Source: Bacteroidota bacterium
Lineage (GTDB): Bacteria; Bacteroidota; Bacteroidia; Bacteroidales; VadinHA17
Reading direction: 5' to 3'
Assembly (NCBI GenBank): GCA_011049175.1
Contig: DSCJ01000100.1
Location: forward strand, 673-64,672
Length of the DNA stretch: 64,000 nt
Shown: in pieces, positions 34,861 through 42,945 of the stretch
Numbering within the stretch: the stretch's first letter is position 1
Layout of the letters: each line of letters opens with the position of its first letter
Position numbers and translations under genes: made by a program
The notes under the pieces: model-generated
The model's input: the letters and a program-made list of their open reading frames with translations, nothing else
What the model was told of the DNA's origin: nothing
Database searches by the model: none

Positions 34861-35679
34861 ATGATTCCTGAAATTCCTCTTCTGAAACACACCCGTTCAG
34901 GCTTGTTTTTCCTGATCGCCGGACCCTGCGTGATTGAAAGCCGCGATCTGGTATTTCGCGTGGCTGAAACCATGACGGCGATGACCGATAAAATGTCTGT
35001 GCCATACATATTCAAAGCTTCCTACAAAAAGGCAAACCGGTCGCGTCCCGATTCTTTCACAGGCATTGGCGATGATAAAGGATTGGAGATACTCAGCGAG
35101 GTAAGACAGCGGTTCAACATTCCGGTATTGACCGATGTACATTCGGTGGAGGAAGCCCGGCGGGCTGCCAAATATGTCGACGTGATCCAGATACCTGCCT
35201 TCCTGTGCAGGCAGACCGAACTGTTGCAGGCAGCCGCCGGAACGGGAAAACCAGTCAATATCAAGAAGGGTCAGTTCCTGTCGCCCCATGCCATGGAGTT
35301 TGCAGTACGGAAAGTATCCTCCTGCGGCAATAACCGAATAATGATCACCGAACGGGGAACAACCTTCGGCTACCAGGATCTGGTGGTGGATTTCAGGGGC
35401 ATCCCTGTGATGCAGGCATTCGGGTATCCGGTGGTACTGGATGTGACCCATTCCCTGCAGCAACCCAACCAGCCATCGGGGGTAACCGGCGGGCAACCGG
35501 CCCTCATTGCCACCCTGGCCAGGGCAGGCATTGCGGCCGGAGTAGACGGGCTCTTCATGGAAACGCACCCCGAACCGTCCAGAGCCCTTTCCGACGGAGC
35601 CAATATGCTGCCCCTCCACAGTATGGCCGATGTACTCGACAAACTTATCACGATTCACCGGGCCGTGCATTCTGCCTGA
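34861..35679 (+). CDS. kdsA: 3-deoxy-8-phosphooctulonate (KDO-8-P) synthase
   Basis: LFFLIAGPCVIES..PYIFKASYKKANRS...SFTGIG...GLEILSEV...NIPVLTDVH......VDVIQIPAFLCRQTELL..A..TGKPVNIKKGQF. These are canonical KdsA motifs. Confidence 0.95.
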   Translation: MIPEIPLLKHTRSGLFFLIAGPCVIESRDLVFRVAETMTAMTDKMSVPYIFKASYKKANRSRPDSFTGIGDDKGLEILSEVRQRFNIPVLTDVHSVEEARRAAKYVDVIQIPAFLCRQTELLQAAAGTGKPVNIKKGQFLSPHAMEFAVRKVSSCGNNRIMITERGTTFGYQDLVVDFRGIPVMQAFGYPVVLDVTHSLQQPNQPSGVTGGQPALIATLARAGIAAGVDGLFMETHPEPSRALSDGANMLPLHSMADVLDKLITIHRAVHSA

Positions 35680-35803
35680 ACCGGATGCTGTGCCATGAAT
35701 TTTCTCATTTCCGAAAATATTTCTGCCTTCAGGGAAGTAAGCCATAAATATTTTTTTACTTTTATCTGTCATAAAACCGTTTCATAAATAAACTCCTTAT
35801 TCC

Positions 35804-36520
35804 ATGAAAAAAATTTCCACCATTGTGCTAGTTATGCTATGCACATTACTGTTCACCGGTTTGCAGGCACAAACCCTTGAGCAGATACTGAACCGGCATT
35901 TTGAAGCCGTCAACCAGAAAAAAACACTGGAAGTTCAAACAACCGTAATGAAAGCGCGTGTGCTGCAAATGGGCATGGAAATGCCCATGGTTATCAAAAT
36001 GAAAAAGCCCAATAAGATCAGGATGGAGATGGATATCCAGGGGCAGCAGATGATTACAGCCTATGACGGCAGCAGAGGCTGGATGATGGCTCCTTTTGCC
36101 GGTCCCGGTATTCAGGATCTGCCCAGCGAACAGTTGTCCAGTCTGAAAGACCAGGCAAATTTCGAGGGAGAACTGTGGAAGTATGCCGAAAAAGGGCATG
36201 CCGCCGAATTGCTGGGAAAACAGGATGTTGACGGAAAATCTGCGTACGCCGTCAAACTCACAAAGAAAAACGGCGATGTGGTTACCTATTACCTGGATGC
36301 CGATAATTACCTTCTGATGAAAGAGGTTACCCAAACCCTCATGAACGGTAGTCCGGTGGAAGGAACACAGGTCTATACCAATTACAAAACGGTGAGCGGA
36401 ATTCCCGTGGCCATGAATGTAGAAAGCAGCTCCATGGGTCAGAGTGCCCTGTTGGTCATTGATGAAGTGGAATTCGACGTGGCGCTCAACGACGAAATTT
36501 TCGCCCGGCCTGTTAAATAA
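35804..36520 (+). CDS. Secreted LolA-like / outer-membrane lipoprotein-sorting-like protein
   Basis: 238 aa with a signal peptide. The pattern (ILNRHFEAV..MGMEMPMVIKMKKPNKIRMEM..YDGSRGWMM..AELLGKQDVDGKSAYAVKLT..) is typical of LolA-fold domain proteins in Bacteroidota. It is homologous to the C-terminus of 29580..31649. Confidence 0.6.
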   Translation: MKKISTIVLVMLCTLLFTGLQAQTLEQILNRHFEAVNQKKTLEVQTTVMKARVLQMGMEMPMVIKMKKPNKIRMEMDIQGQQMITAYDGSRGWMMAPFAGPGIQDLPSEQLSSLKDQANFEGELWKYAEKGHAAELLGKQDVDGKSAYAVKLTKKNGDVVTYYLDADNYLLMKEVTQTLMNGSPVEGTQVYTNYKTVSGIPVAMNVESSSMGQSALLVIDEVEFDVALNDEIFARPVK

Positions 36521-36521
36521 A

Positions 36522-36926
36522 AAAAGCAGCAGACCTGTAAGCCGGGTTCTGTACCCGCACCTGTTCTGAGACAGAGGCGGTACGGGTTCCTGTCATTTAT
36601 CTGGGCCCGGCGTTACCGCCGGGCTCAAGCGACCTACCCCCCGGCATCGGGCGGGCCACCCTCAAGCGCCGGTATACATGGTCTTACAACCCCCGGGGTG
36701 GACAGCTTCTGCTGTCACCAGCAGAACTGGTGGGCTCTTACCCCACCTTCTCACCTTTACCTGCCTGTTATCAGGGAAAACCCTGAGATACACAAACAGG
36801 AAGTTATTTTCTTCTCCACTTCCATGCCCTCACGGGCATCTTCCCTTTCGGAAGCGGGGCGCCCTGTGTTGCCCGGACTTTCCTCAGCCCGCAATAAACG
36901 GGCCGCGACAGGACGGTCTGCTGCCT
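36522..36926 (-). ncRNA. rnpB: RNase P RNA, bacterial type A
   Basis: The minus strand contains the universally conserved GAGGAAAGTCCGGGC (complement of gcccggactttcctc near 36870). Near the 3' end it has ACAGAACCCGGCTTAC (complement near 36540) and AGATAAATGACAGG. The P1 helix forms between GCAGCAGACC (5' end, complement of 36915..36924) and GGTCTGCTGC (3' end, complement of 36526..36535). The ends are approximate, within about 5 nt. Confidence 0.93.
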
Positions 36927-36929
36927 TTA

Positions 36930-36937
36930 CAAAGATA
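36930..36937 (-). promoter_or_regulatory. -7 box TATCTTTG for rnpB
   Basis: The minus strand reads TATCTTTG-TAAA-GGCAGCAGACC. This is a perfect TAnnTTTG ending 4 nt before the predicted 5' end of the P1 helix. Confidence 0.55.
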
Positions 36938-36964
36938 CGGATTATTTGCTGAAACATTCGGTGT

Positions 36965-38101
36965 TCAGTGCCGCGTGTGCCCGGGAAAAACCACCAGGGT
37001 AGCGCCGTAACCGTATTCTTTGAACGAGGCATCCTGGTAACGTAAGCGGGGATACTGCCGGTCAATGATCCGCCGGATCTCATATTTGAGTTTCCCGTCA
37101 CCCACTCCGTGAATAAATACTATTTTCTTCACCCCGTTTCTGATCCCTCCCTCCAGAGCGGTAATGAAACGGTTCTTATGAATCTCCAAAGCTTCTGCAG
37201 GTTCCAGGCCTTCCGGTTGATCCACAATGGCTTCCAGGTGCAGATCCACCTCTTCGACAGGAGACCCGGGCCGGTCCTCCTTTTTTTTTATACTGCCCTT
37301 CACCGCTTCCATACTGTTTTCCTTCCGGGCTGTCTTTTGCCGTTCTTCCTGCCACTGTTCCAGGAGCATGCCCTTCCAGCCGGCGGCTTTTTCCGCCGGT
37401 TTCAGTTCCGCAAACCAGGCAGGTTCCTCAAAATATTCGTTTTTCCTGAACATCAGTTCCACGGCTGCCTTCCGGCTACCCCTCTCCCATCTGCCTTCCA
37501 TCGAAGGATAATCGGGTGTAGGGGCACCGGGATGAAATACCAGTACCCGGGCACTGACTTCTTCCGTTTTTTCAAATTCCGTGGCCGGGCATTTCAGCAA
37601 CCGTACCTTGGTGCCCGGTCCGAGCTCGCCGGCCCGCAACAGGCGATAACCTCCGTATTCACGGGAACGGACCAGATACAGCAGGTGCAGCTCGCCATCG
37701 TTGACCAGATAAAGAACATAACGGGCTTTCTGCCTGTCGGCTACCCAGGCCAGAAGAACCTTCGGCGGAAAAGCATCTGAAGGAACGGCTTCCCCCGTTT
37801 CCTTCAGAGGATGAATATCCATATCCTTTTCTATCACCTTCCCTTTTTCTTTTCTTTCCGGCTGCCCCGGCCTGTCCGTTTCTTTTCCCGGCAGGGAACC
37901 GGCCTCCGCCTTTTCTTCCCTTTCTTCCTTCCATTCATCCGGACCCCGCCCCGATACGGCAATCAGTTCTTTCACAAGCACGGGCACTTCGAAACCATCA
38001 TCCCGGAGAATGAGGGCGGTATTCTGATCGGGGAAATCCAGGATCACTCCCGTACCCACATCATTCAAAAATTTTACCCTGTCGCCTTTCCTGAATTTCA
38101 T
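36965..38101 (-). CDS. Smr (MutS2 C-terminal-like) domain protein, DUF2027-type N-terminus
   Basis: The C-terminus (EVDLHLEAIV.....AEALEIHKNRFITALEGGIRNGVKKIVFIHGVGDGKLKYEIRRII) matches the Smr pattern (DLHG-like, HGxG). The internal Met (MKFRKGDRVKF) is preferred as the start. Confidence 0.7.
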   Translation of the reverse strand: MKFRKGDRVKFLNDVGTGVILDFPDQNTALILRDDGFEVPVLVKELIAVSGRGPDEWKEEREEKAEAGSLPGKETDRPGQPERKEKGKVIEKDMDIHPLKETGEAVPSDAFPPKVLLAWVADRQKARYVLYLVNDGELHLLYLVRSREYGGYRLLRAGELGPGTKVRLLKCPATEFEKTEEVSARVLVFHPGAPTPDYPSMEGRWERGSRKAAVELMFRKNEYFEEPAWFAELKPAEKAAGWKGMLLEQWQEERQKTARKENSMEAVKGSIKKKEDRPGSPVEEVDLHLEAIVDQPEGLEPAEALEIHKNRFITALEGGIRNGVKKIVFIHGVGDGKLKYEIRRIIDRQYPRLRYQDASFKEYGYGATLVVFPGHTRH

Positions 38102-38110
38102 GTCTTTCTG

Positions 38111-38143
38111 TTTACTGGTTACCCGCAAAATTAGCTAATTTTG
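38111..38143 (+). promoter_or_regulatory. Candidate promoter for queA (TTTA-N21-TAATTTTG) placed for a leaderless mRNA
   Basis: TAATTTTG at 38136..38143 is a perfect TAnnTTTG. Only 4 nt (GGCA) separate it from the ATG at 38148. TTTA lies at 38111..38114. Confidence 0.45.
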
Positions 38144-38147
38144 GGCA

Positions 38148-39401
38148 ATGAATGCTATTCAATCGCCATACGGCCTGCCACCCGCCATACAAAAGAAAAT
38201 CCCTGCTGTTCAACCGGAGGAATATGAATATGTACTTCCCCCGGAGAAGATCGCCCGTTACCCGCTGGAAGAACGTGACCGGAGTAAGCTGCTGGTATAC
38301 CAGAAGGGAGAGATACGGAATGCCCGGTTCAGAGACCTTACCAACTATCTGCCCGGTGGCTGCATGCTGGTAAGAAACGACACCCGTGTGATCAGGGCCA
38401 GGCTGCTGTTCCAAAAACCTACCGGAGCGCGTATTGAAGTGTTCCTGCTCGATCCCGTCGACCCGCCCGATTATCAGCAGGTATTTTCCTGTACCGGCTC
38501 CTGCCGATGGAAATGCATCGTGGGCAATGCCAGGAAATGGAAAGAAAAGGAGCTGACCCTGGAAATTCCCATGCAGCAGGATACCTGCACACTCAGGGCG
38601 GAAAAGGAAACCGGGGCGGAAGGGACATTTCATGTGCGTTTCAGGTGGACAAGAGGATACAGCTTCGGTGAAGTGCTCGACCGGGCCGGGGTCATCCCCA
38701 TCCCTCCCTACCTGCAGCGGGAAACGGAAGACATTGACGCAGAAAGATACCAGACCATTTATTCTCGCATCCCGGGATCGGTAGCGGCTCCAACGGCAGG
38801 GCTGCACTTTACGGAATCTGTAGATACATCGGTAAGAGAAAAAAAGATCCCCGTGATAAGCCTCACCCTGCATGTGGGAGCGGGCACTTTCAAACCCATC
38901 AAAGGAAAGGACCTGAGGTCGCATGCCATGCATACCGAACACTTTTCACTGACAAAACCTGCCCTGGAAAAACTTTACCGGCACACGGGCACCACCGTAG
39001 CGGTAGGGACCACCTCGGTAAGGACCCTGGAGAGCCTTTACTGGATAGGGAACAGCCTGGCAGAAAAAAAGGAACCGGAATATCCCTTTCATCTGGAACA
39101 ATGGGATGCTTATAACGCCGCCCCGAAGGTTTCGGCAAAGCAGGCCCTAAAGAACCTGTTGGGCTGGCTCGACAGGCACGGACTCGAAAGGCTCGAAGGT
39201 TCCACACGCATCATGATCGTTCCGGGTTATCCTTTTCGGGTAGTGAACGGTCTGATCACCAATTTCCACATGCCCAGGAGTTCTCTTATCCTGCTGGTAG
39301 CCGCCTTCACGGGAAATGACTGGAGAAAGATCTACCAGCATGCTCTGAAAGAAGGGTATCGTTTTCTGAGTTACGGCGACAGTTCCCTTTTATTGCCCTG
39401 A
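38148..39401 (+). CDS. queA: S-adenosylmethionine:tRNA ribosyltransferase-isomerase
   Basis: YEYVLPPEKIARYPLEERDRSKLLVY...........L..GCMLVRNDTRVIRARL...TGARIEVFLL.. and a C-terminal ..GLITNFHMPRSSLILLVAAF.G.DW..IY.HAL.EGYRFLSYGDSSLL. These are canonical QueA motifs. Confidence 0.92.
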   Translation: MNAIQSPYGLPPAIQKKIPAVQPEEYEYVLPPEKIARYPLEERDRSKLLVYQKGEIRNARFRDLTNYLPGGCMLVRNDTRVIRARLLFQKPTGARIEVFLLDPVDPPDYQQVFSCTGSCRWKCIVGNARKWKEKELTLEIPMQQDTCTLRAEKETGAEGTFHVRFRWTRGYSFGEVLDRAGVIPIPPYLQRETEDIDAERYQTIYSRIPGSVAAPTAGLHFTESVDTSVREKKIPVISLTLHVGAGTFKPIKGKDLRSHAMHTEHFSLTKPALEKLYRHTGTTVAVGTTSVRTLESLYWIGNSLAEKKEPEYPFHLEQWDAYNAAPKVSAKQALKNLLGWLDRHGLERLEGSTRIMIVPGYPFRVVNGLITNFHMPRSSLILLVAAFTGNDWRKIYQHALKEGYRFLSYGDSSLLLP

Positions 39402-39598
39402 GGGGGGTTGTCTTTACCGGAAGAACGGTGCGACCGGGATTTGAGCAGGGCTCTTAGATCGGGAATGCATCGCCCACACCCGGCCCCCGCCCCCGTAAAC
39501 ATAATGAGTTGTGCCAGCGATTGCGGTTCCCTCTCGCGCATGACCCGGATGATTTCATCCTCGGGAATTTCCTGGCAATGGCATACGATCCGCGGCAT
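39371..39598 (-). CDS. BFD-like [2Fe-2S]-binding small protein
   Basis: 75 aa: MPRIVCHCQEIPEDEII......LAQLIMFTGAGAGCGRCIPDL. This is the C-x-C...C-x-x-C pattern of bacterioferritin-associated-ferredoxin-like domains. It overlaps the queA 3' end by 31 nt (convergent). Confidence 0.7.
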   Translation of the reverse strand: MPRIVCHCQEIPEDEIIRVMREREPQSLAQLIMFTGAGAGCGRCIPDLRALLKSRSHRSSGKDNPPQGNKRELSP

Positions 39599-39617
39599 GG
39601 TATTTCCTGTTCGGTTT

Positions 39618-40658
39618 TCACTGCCCGGCCAGTTTTCTCACCAGCCCTGCAAATTCGGTAATATCTTCCTCGCGGGTGTCCCAGGAGGTCATCCACCGGA
39701 CTTCAGATTTTTTTTCATCCCACTCGTAAAAGAAAAATTCCTTCTGCAACGGGGGAATCCATTCCGGAGGAACCATGGCAAAAACCCCGTTCGACTGCAC
39801 TTTCTGTGTAAGGCTCACCCCGGGAATATCTTTCACGGCTTCGGCCAGTTTCCGGGCCATACGGTTGGCATGCAGGGCATTCTTTTTCCAGAGTCCGTTA
39901 CTCAACAGGGCGTCGAACTGAACGGCAATGAACCGCATTTTTGAGGCCAGCTGCATTCCCTGTTTCCTGATAAACTGAAATTCCCTTGCCAGCAGAGGAT
40001 TGAAAAAAAGAACAGCTTCCCCGTACATCATGCCATTCTTGGTCCCCCCGAACGATAGGATATCCACTCCCGCATCCCGTGTGGTTCCCCTGAGCGGAAC
40101 ATCCAGGTATGCGGCAGCATTGGCTATTCTGGCACCGTCCATATGCAGAACCATTTGATGTGCATGTGCAAAATCGGCCAGGGCCCTGATCTCTTCCGGC
40201 GTGTATACCGTTCCCATTTCCGTGGCCTGAGTTATCGAAATAACCCGTGGCTGGGAATGGTGTTCGAACCCAATGCCATACACATGCCCGGCCACACCCT
40301 CCGGGGTAAGTTTTCCGTCAGGGGTTTCCACCGGCAACAACTTACAGCCCGTAAACTTTTCCGGAGCTCCGCATTCGTCCTCCTGGATATGGGCCGTTTC
40401 CGCACAGATCACCGAATGATAGGAACGGGTGGCGGCTGCCAGCCCCAGCACATTAGCGCCGGTACCCAGAAAAACAAAAAATACTTCGGTATCCTTCCCG
40501 AATTCCTCCCTGATCTTTTCCACTGCCTTCCTGGTATACGGATCATCCCCGTAACCGGGCACATGTCCGTGATTGGCCTCTGTCATGGCGGCCAGGATAT
40601 CGGGATGCACTCCGGCGTTATTGTCACTGGCAAATCCTCGTTTGTTCTCCTTCTTCAT
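39618..40658 (-). CDS. ltaE: Low-specificity L-threonine aldolase (beta-eliminating lyase family, PLP)
   Basis: FASDNNAGVHPDILAAM.EAN.GHVPGYGDDPYT..A...I.E.FG....VFFVF.GTGANVL.. The putative PLP lysine is in SFGGTKNG. The start may be 40682 or 40658. Confidence 0.85.
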   Translation of the reverse strand: MKKENKRGFASDNNAGVHPDILAAMTEANHGHVPGYGDDPYTRKAVEKIREEFGKDTEVFFVFLGTGANVLGLAAATRSYHSVICAETAHIQEDECGAPEKFTGCKLLPVETPDGKLTPEGVAGHVYGIGFEHHSQPRVISITQATEMGTVYTPEEIRALADFAHAHQMVLHMDGARIANAAAYLDVPLRGTTRDAGVDILSFGGTKNGMMYGEAVLFFNPLLAREFQFIRKQGMQLASKMRFIAVQFDALLSNGLWKKNALHANRMARKLAEAVKDIPGVSLTQKVQSNGVFAMVPPEWIPPLQKEFFFYEWDEKKSEVRWMTSWDTREEDITEFAGLVRKLAGQ

Positions 40659-40688
40659 AACCTGTAAATAGCTGAATTTCATGTTTTT

Positions 40689-42290
40689 TCAGAATAATTC
40701 ATCGTATTTGGTCCACAGCATATCGCCCAGTTCCCAGGCCTTTTCCACCACTTTATCTCCCCATTCCATGGTATAGCCCGTAAGGAACTCGATGGTTTTT
40801 CTGGGATTGCGCGCTCTGTACATCTCCAGGGCAACCCGTTCCACCTCTTCCTGGTTTTCGAAAAGCTCTTTTTGCCAGGGATCCCACACGGCATCCACCT
40901 CTTTGTGCATGTCGCCCCACCGCTGGGCTGCCAGAGTACCCAGCCTGTTGAAAGCCCACCAGGCCGATTCACGGGTATATCCGTTGATCCGGCCCGGAGT
41001 TTTGTACGGTCGGGGCAAATCGGTTACACACCCGTATACCGGGATATAAATGGAACTGGCCACGTTGTCCTGAGCCAGCCACACCACTCCTCCTATCTCA
41101 TCGGGCAGCCAGTTGCGGCACTGAATAATGGTGGCATACATCGTGTACCAGCGGGCTATGGTCCTTTCCCCCCTCCAGCCCCAGCCGCCATTGATGCGGA
41201 AAAGCCGGTTCATGTCATATGGCATGTGCGGATTGGCCAGCGGGGAAATGACCGACCGGCCCTCCTCGTCAGTCACGGTAAGGGTTTTTCTCATGTCGAA
41301 TTCCGTTCCCTGGTAATAATCTTTGAAAATACTGACAAGTTTTTCAAGAGTTACCGGTTCATCGGGTTTAACGGAGAAAGGATAATTTTCGGCATTGGGG
41401 TCGAGCTGAAGGGAGGGGGCCAGCAGGTCGAACACTCTCCATTCACGTCTCCGGGCAGCCAGGGAAGTGCGGCTTTCAGGGGCATATGCATAACAAAAAC
41501 GAAAAGGGCCGTTCTCTTCACTCCACCAGCCATTTTCCCTGGCCACCTCAAAAATGTTTTCGGAAGCCATGAAATGATCGGGATCATCCAGGTTGATTTC
41601 CTTGATGGTACTGGCATTGGCATTGACCGATACATGCTCGTCGGGAACCCGCTGCGCCACCCACACGGCGCCCACTTTGCCTTTCCCGGGGCCCACGATC
41701 TCCAGATGCCACACTTCATTTTTATCGGCAATGGTCAGAGCTTCCCCGGCATCGTTCCAACCATACCTGGCCAGCAGCTCACCGGCAGTACGAATGGCTT
41801 CCCGGGCGGTGGTGCACCGTTCCACCAGCAACTGACATAAACGCTGGCAGTCGATCAACCCGGCATCCGACTGCAATTCTTCCCTGCCTCCGAAAGTGGA
41901 TTCCCCGATCCCGAGCTGATGTTCGTTCATACAGGGATAGGCTGTATTGACGTAGGCATAGGTATGGGAAACCTGAGGGATAACCCCGATGGAATCATGC
42001 CGATAGGTAGGCATGGCATGGCTGTCGTCGGCTGACCTTTTCCGCATAACGACATACGACCCCGGCCGGTAATCCATGGCAGGGACAATATCCATCCATG
42101 ACCGCGTTCGATGGCTGTCGTCAGTGTGTGAGGTAATCACCGAGCCATCGGCTGTGGCCAGCCTGCCGGCGGTAATGGAAGTGCATCCGTCAGGGAAGCC
42201 GCCTTCCCAGTCGGGTTTCTCCCGGTTCTGCCCGGAAAGCGGCAGAAACATGATGTAAAACAGAAACGTTAAAAAGGTTATTGTTTTCAT
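40689..42290 (-). CDS. C69 family dipeptidase, secreted
   Basis: Signal peptide, then DGCTSITAGRLATADGSVITSHTDD. This is the N-terminal nucleophile Cys motif of peptidase C69. 533 aa. Confidence 0.85.
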   Translation of the reverse strand: MKTITFLTFLFYIMFLPLSGQNREKPDWEGGFPDGCTSITAGRLATADGSVITSHTDDSHRTRSWMDIVPAMDYRPGSYVVMRKRSADDSHAMPTYRHDSIGVIPQVSHTYAYVNTAYPCMNEHQLGIGESTFGGREELQSDAGLIDCQRLCQLLVERCTTAREAIRTAGELLARYGWNDAGEALTIADKNEVWHLEIVGPGKGKVGAVWVAQRVPDEHVSVNANASTIKEINLDDPDHFMASENIFEVARENGWWSEENGPFRFCYAYAPESRTSLAARRREWRVFDLLAPSLQLDPNAENYPFSVKPDEPVTLEKLVSIFKDYYQGTEFDMRKTLTVTDEEGRSVISPLANPHMPYDMNRLFRINGGWGWRGERTIARWYTMYATIIQCRNWLPDEIGGVVWLAQDNVASSIYIPVYGCVTDLPRPYKTPGRINGYTRESAWWAFNRLGTLAAQRWGDMHKEVDAVWDPWQKELFENQEEVERVALEMYRARNPRKTIEFLTGYTMEWGDKVVEKAWELGDMLWTKYDELF

Positions 42291-42489
42291 TTTATGTTTA
42301 TTTTTTATTAATTTAGCACAAGATTGAATTCCTAAAAGTATAAAATCAGAGAGAATTAATCGTCTCCATCCCGCGAATTATTCCGGTTAATCCCTGTCGA
42401 TTTCCGGTTTTTTTTATCCATTCATACGAATCTGAATCATGCGGGAGAGGTACGGAACAGTTTTTTTTGAATAATAAAAATGCAAGAAT

Positions 42490-42945
42490 ATGGACAAGCG
42501 TCTTGAGATGAAAAAACGGCTGGTTGAGAAATGCCTGGCTGAACAGGTAAAGATCGAGGAGCACAATAAGGCGCTGATGAAGGAAGCTCAGGAAACAGCC
42601 AACGAATACGAGCATGCCATGGACATGACCGATACCTACCGCACACAAATGCTCGAAAAAAGGGACATGTTTGCCCGTCAGCTGGCTAAAATTATTGAGG
42701 AAAGGAAAGTACTTGAGCGGATTGATACGCATAAAGCGAAATCCTGTGCGGAATTCGGTTCGGTAGTGATCACCGACCAGAACCGGCTTTTCGTATCAAT
42801 AGGCCTGGGAAAGGTATGCCTTGACGGGGACGAATTCTTTGCCATTTCCCCTATGGTCCCCCTTTTTAAAGCCATGGAAGGGAAAAAGAAAGGAGAAACC
42901 TTTACTTTCAACGGAAAATCATTCCGGATCGTGGATGTTTTCTGA
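42490..42945 (+). CDS. GreA/GreB-like C-terminal domain protein
   Basis: 151 aa. An N-terminal coiled coil is followed by AEFGSVVITDQNRLFVSIGLG......FFAISPMVPLFKAMEGKKKGETFTFNGKSFRIVDVF. This resembles the Gre factor FKBP-like C-terminal domain (IS..SP.G.AL.GKK.GD). Confidence 0.65.
   Translation: MDKRLEMKKRLVEKCLAEQVKIEEHNKALMKEAQETANEYEHAMDMTDTYRTQMLEKRDMFARQLAKIIEERKVLERIDTHKAKSCAEFGSVVITDQNRLFVSIGLGKVCLDGDEFFAISPMVPLFKAMEGKKKGETFTFNGKSFRIVDVF

Noticed and set aside
36678-37101. Three track ORFs (36678..37010 +, 36698..36952 +, 36757..37101 -) in the gap between the LolA-like and Smr genes.
   Set aside because: The region is the RNase P RNA (rnpB). The translations are low-complexity (Pro/Arg/Gly-rich) and carry no protein motif.
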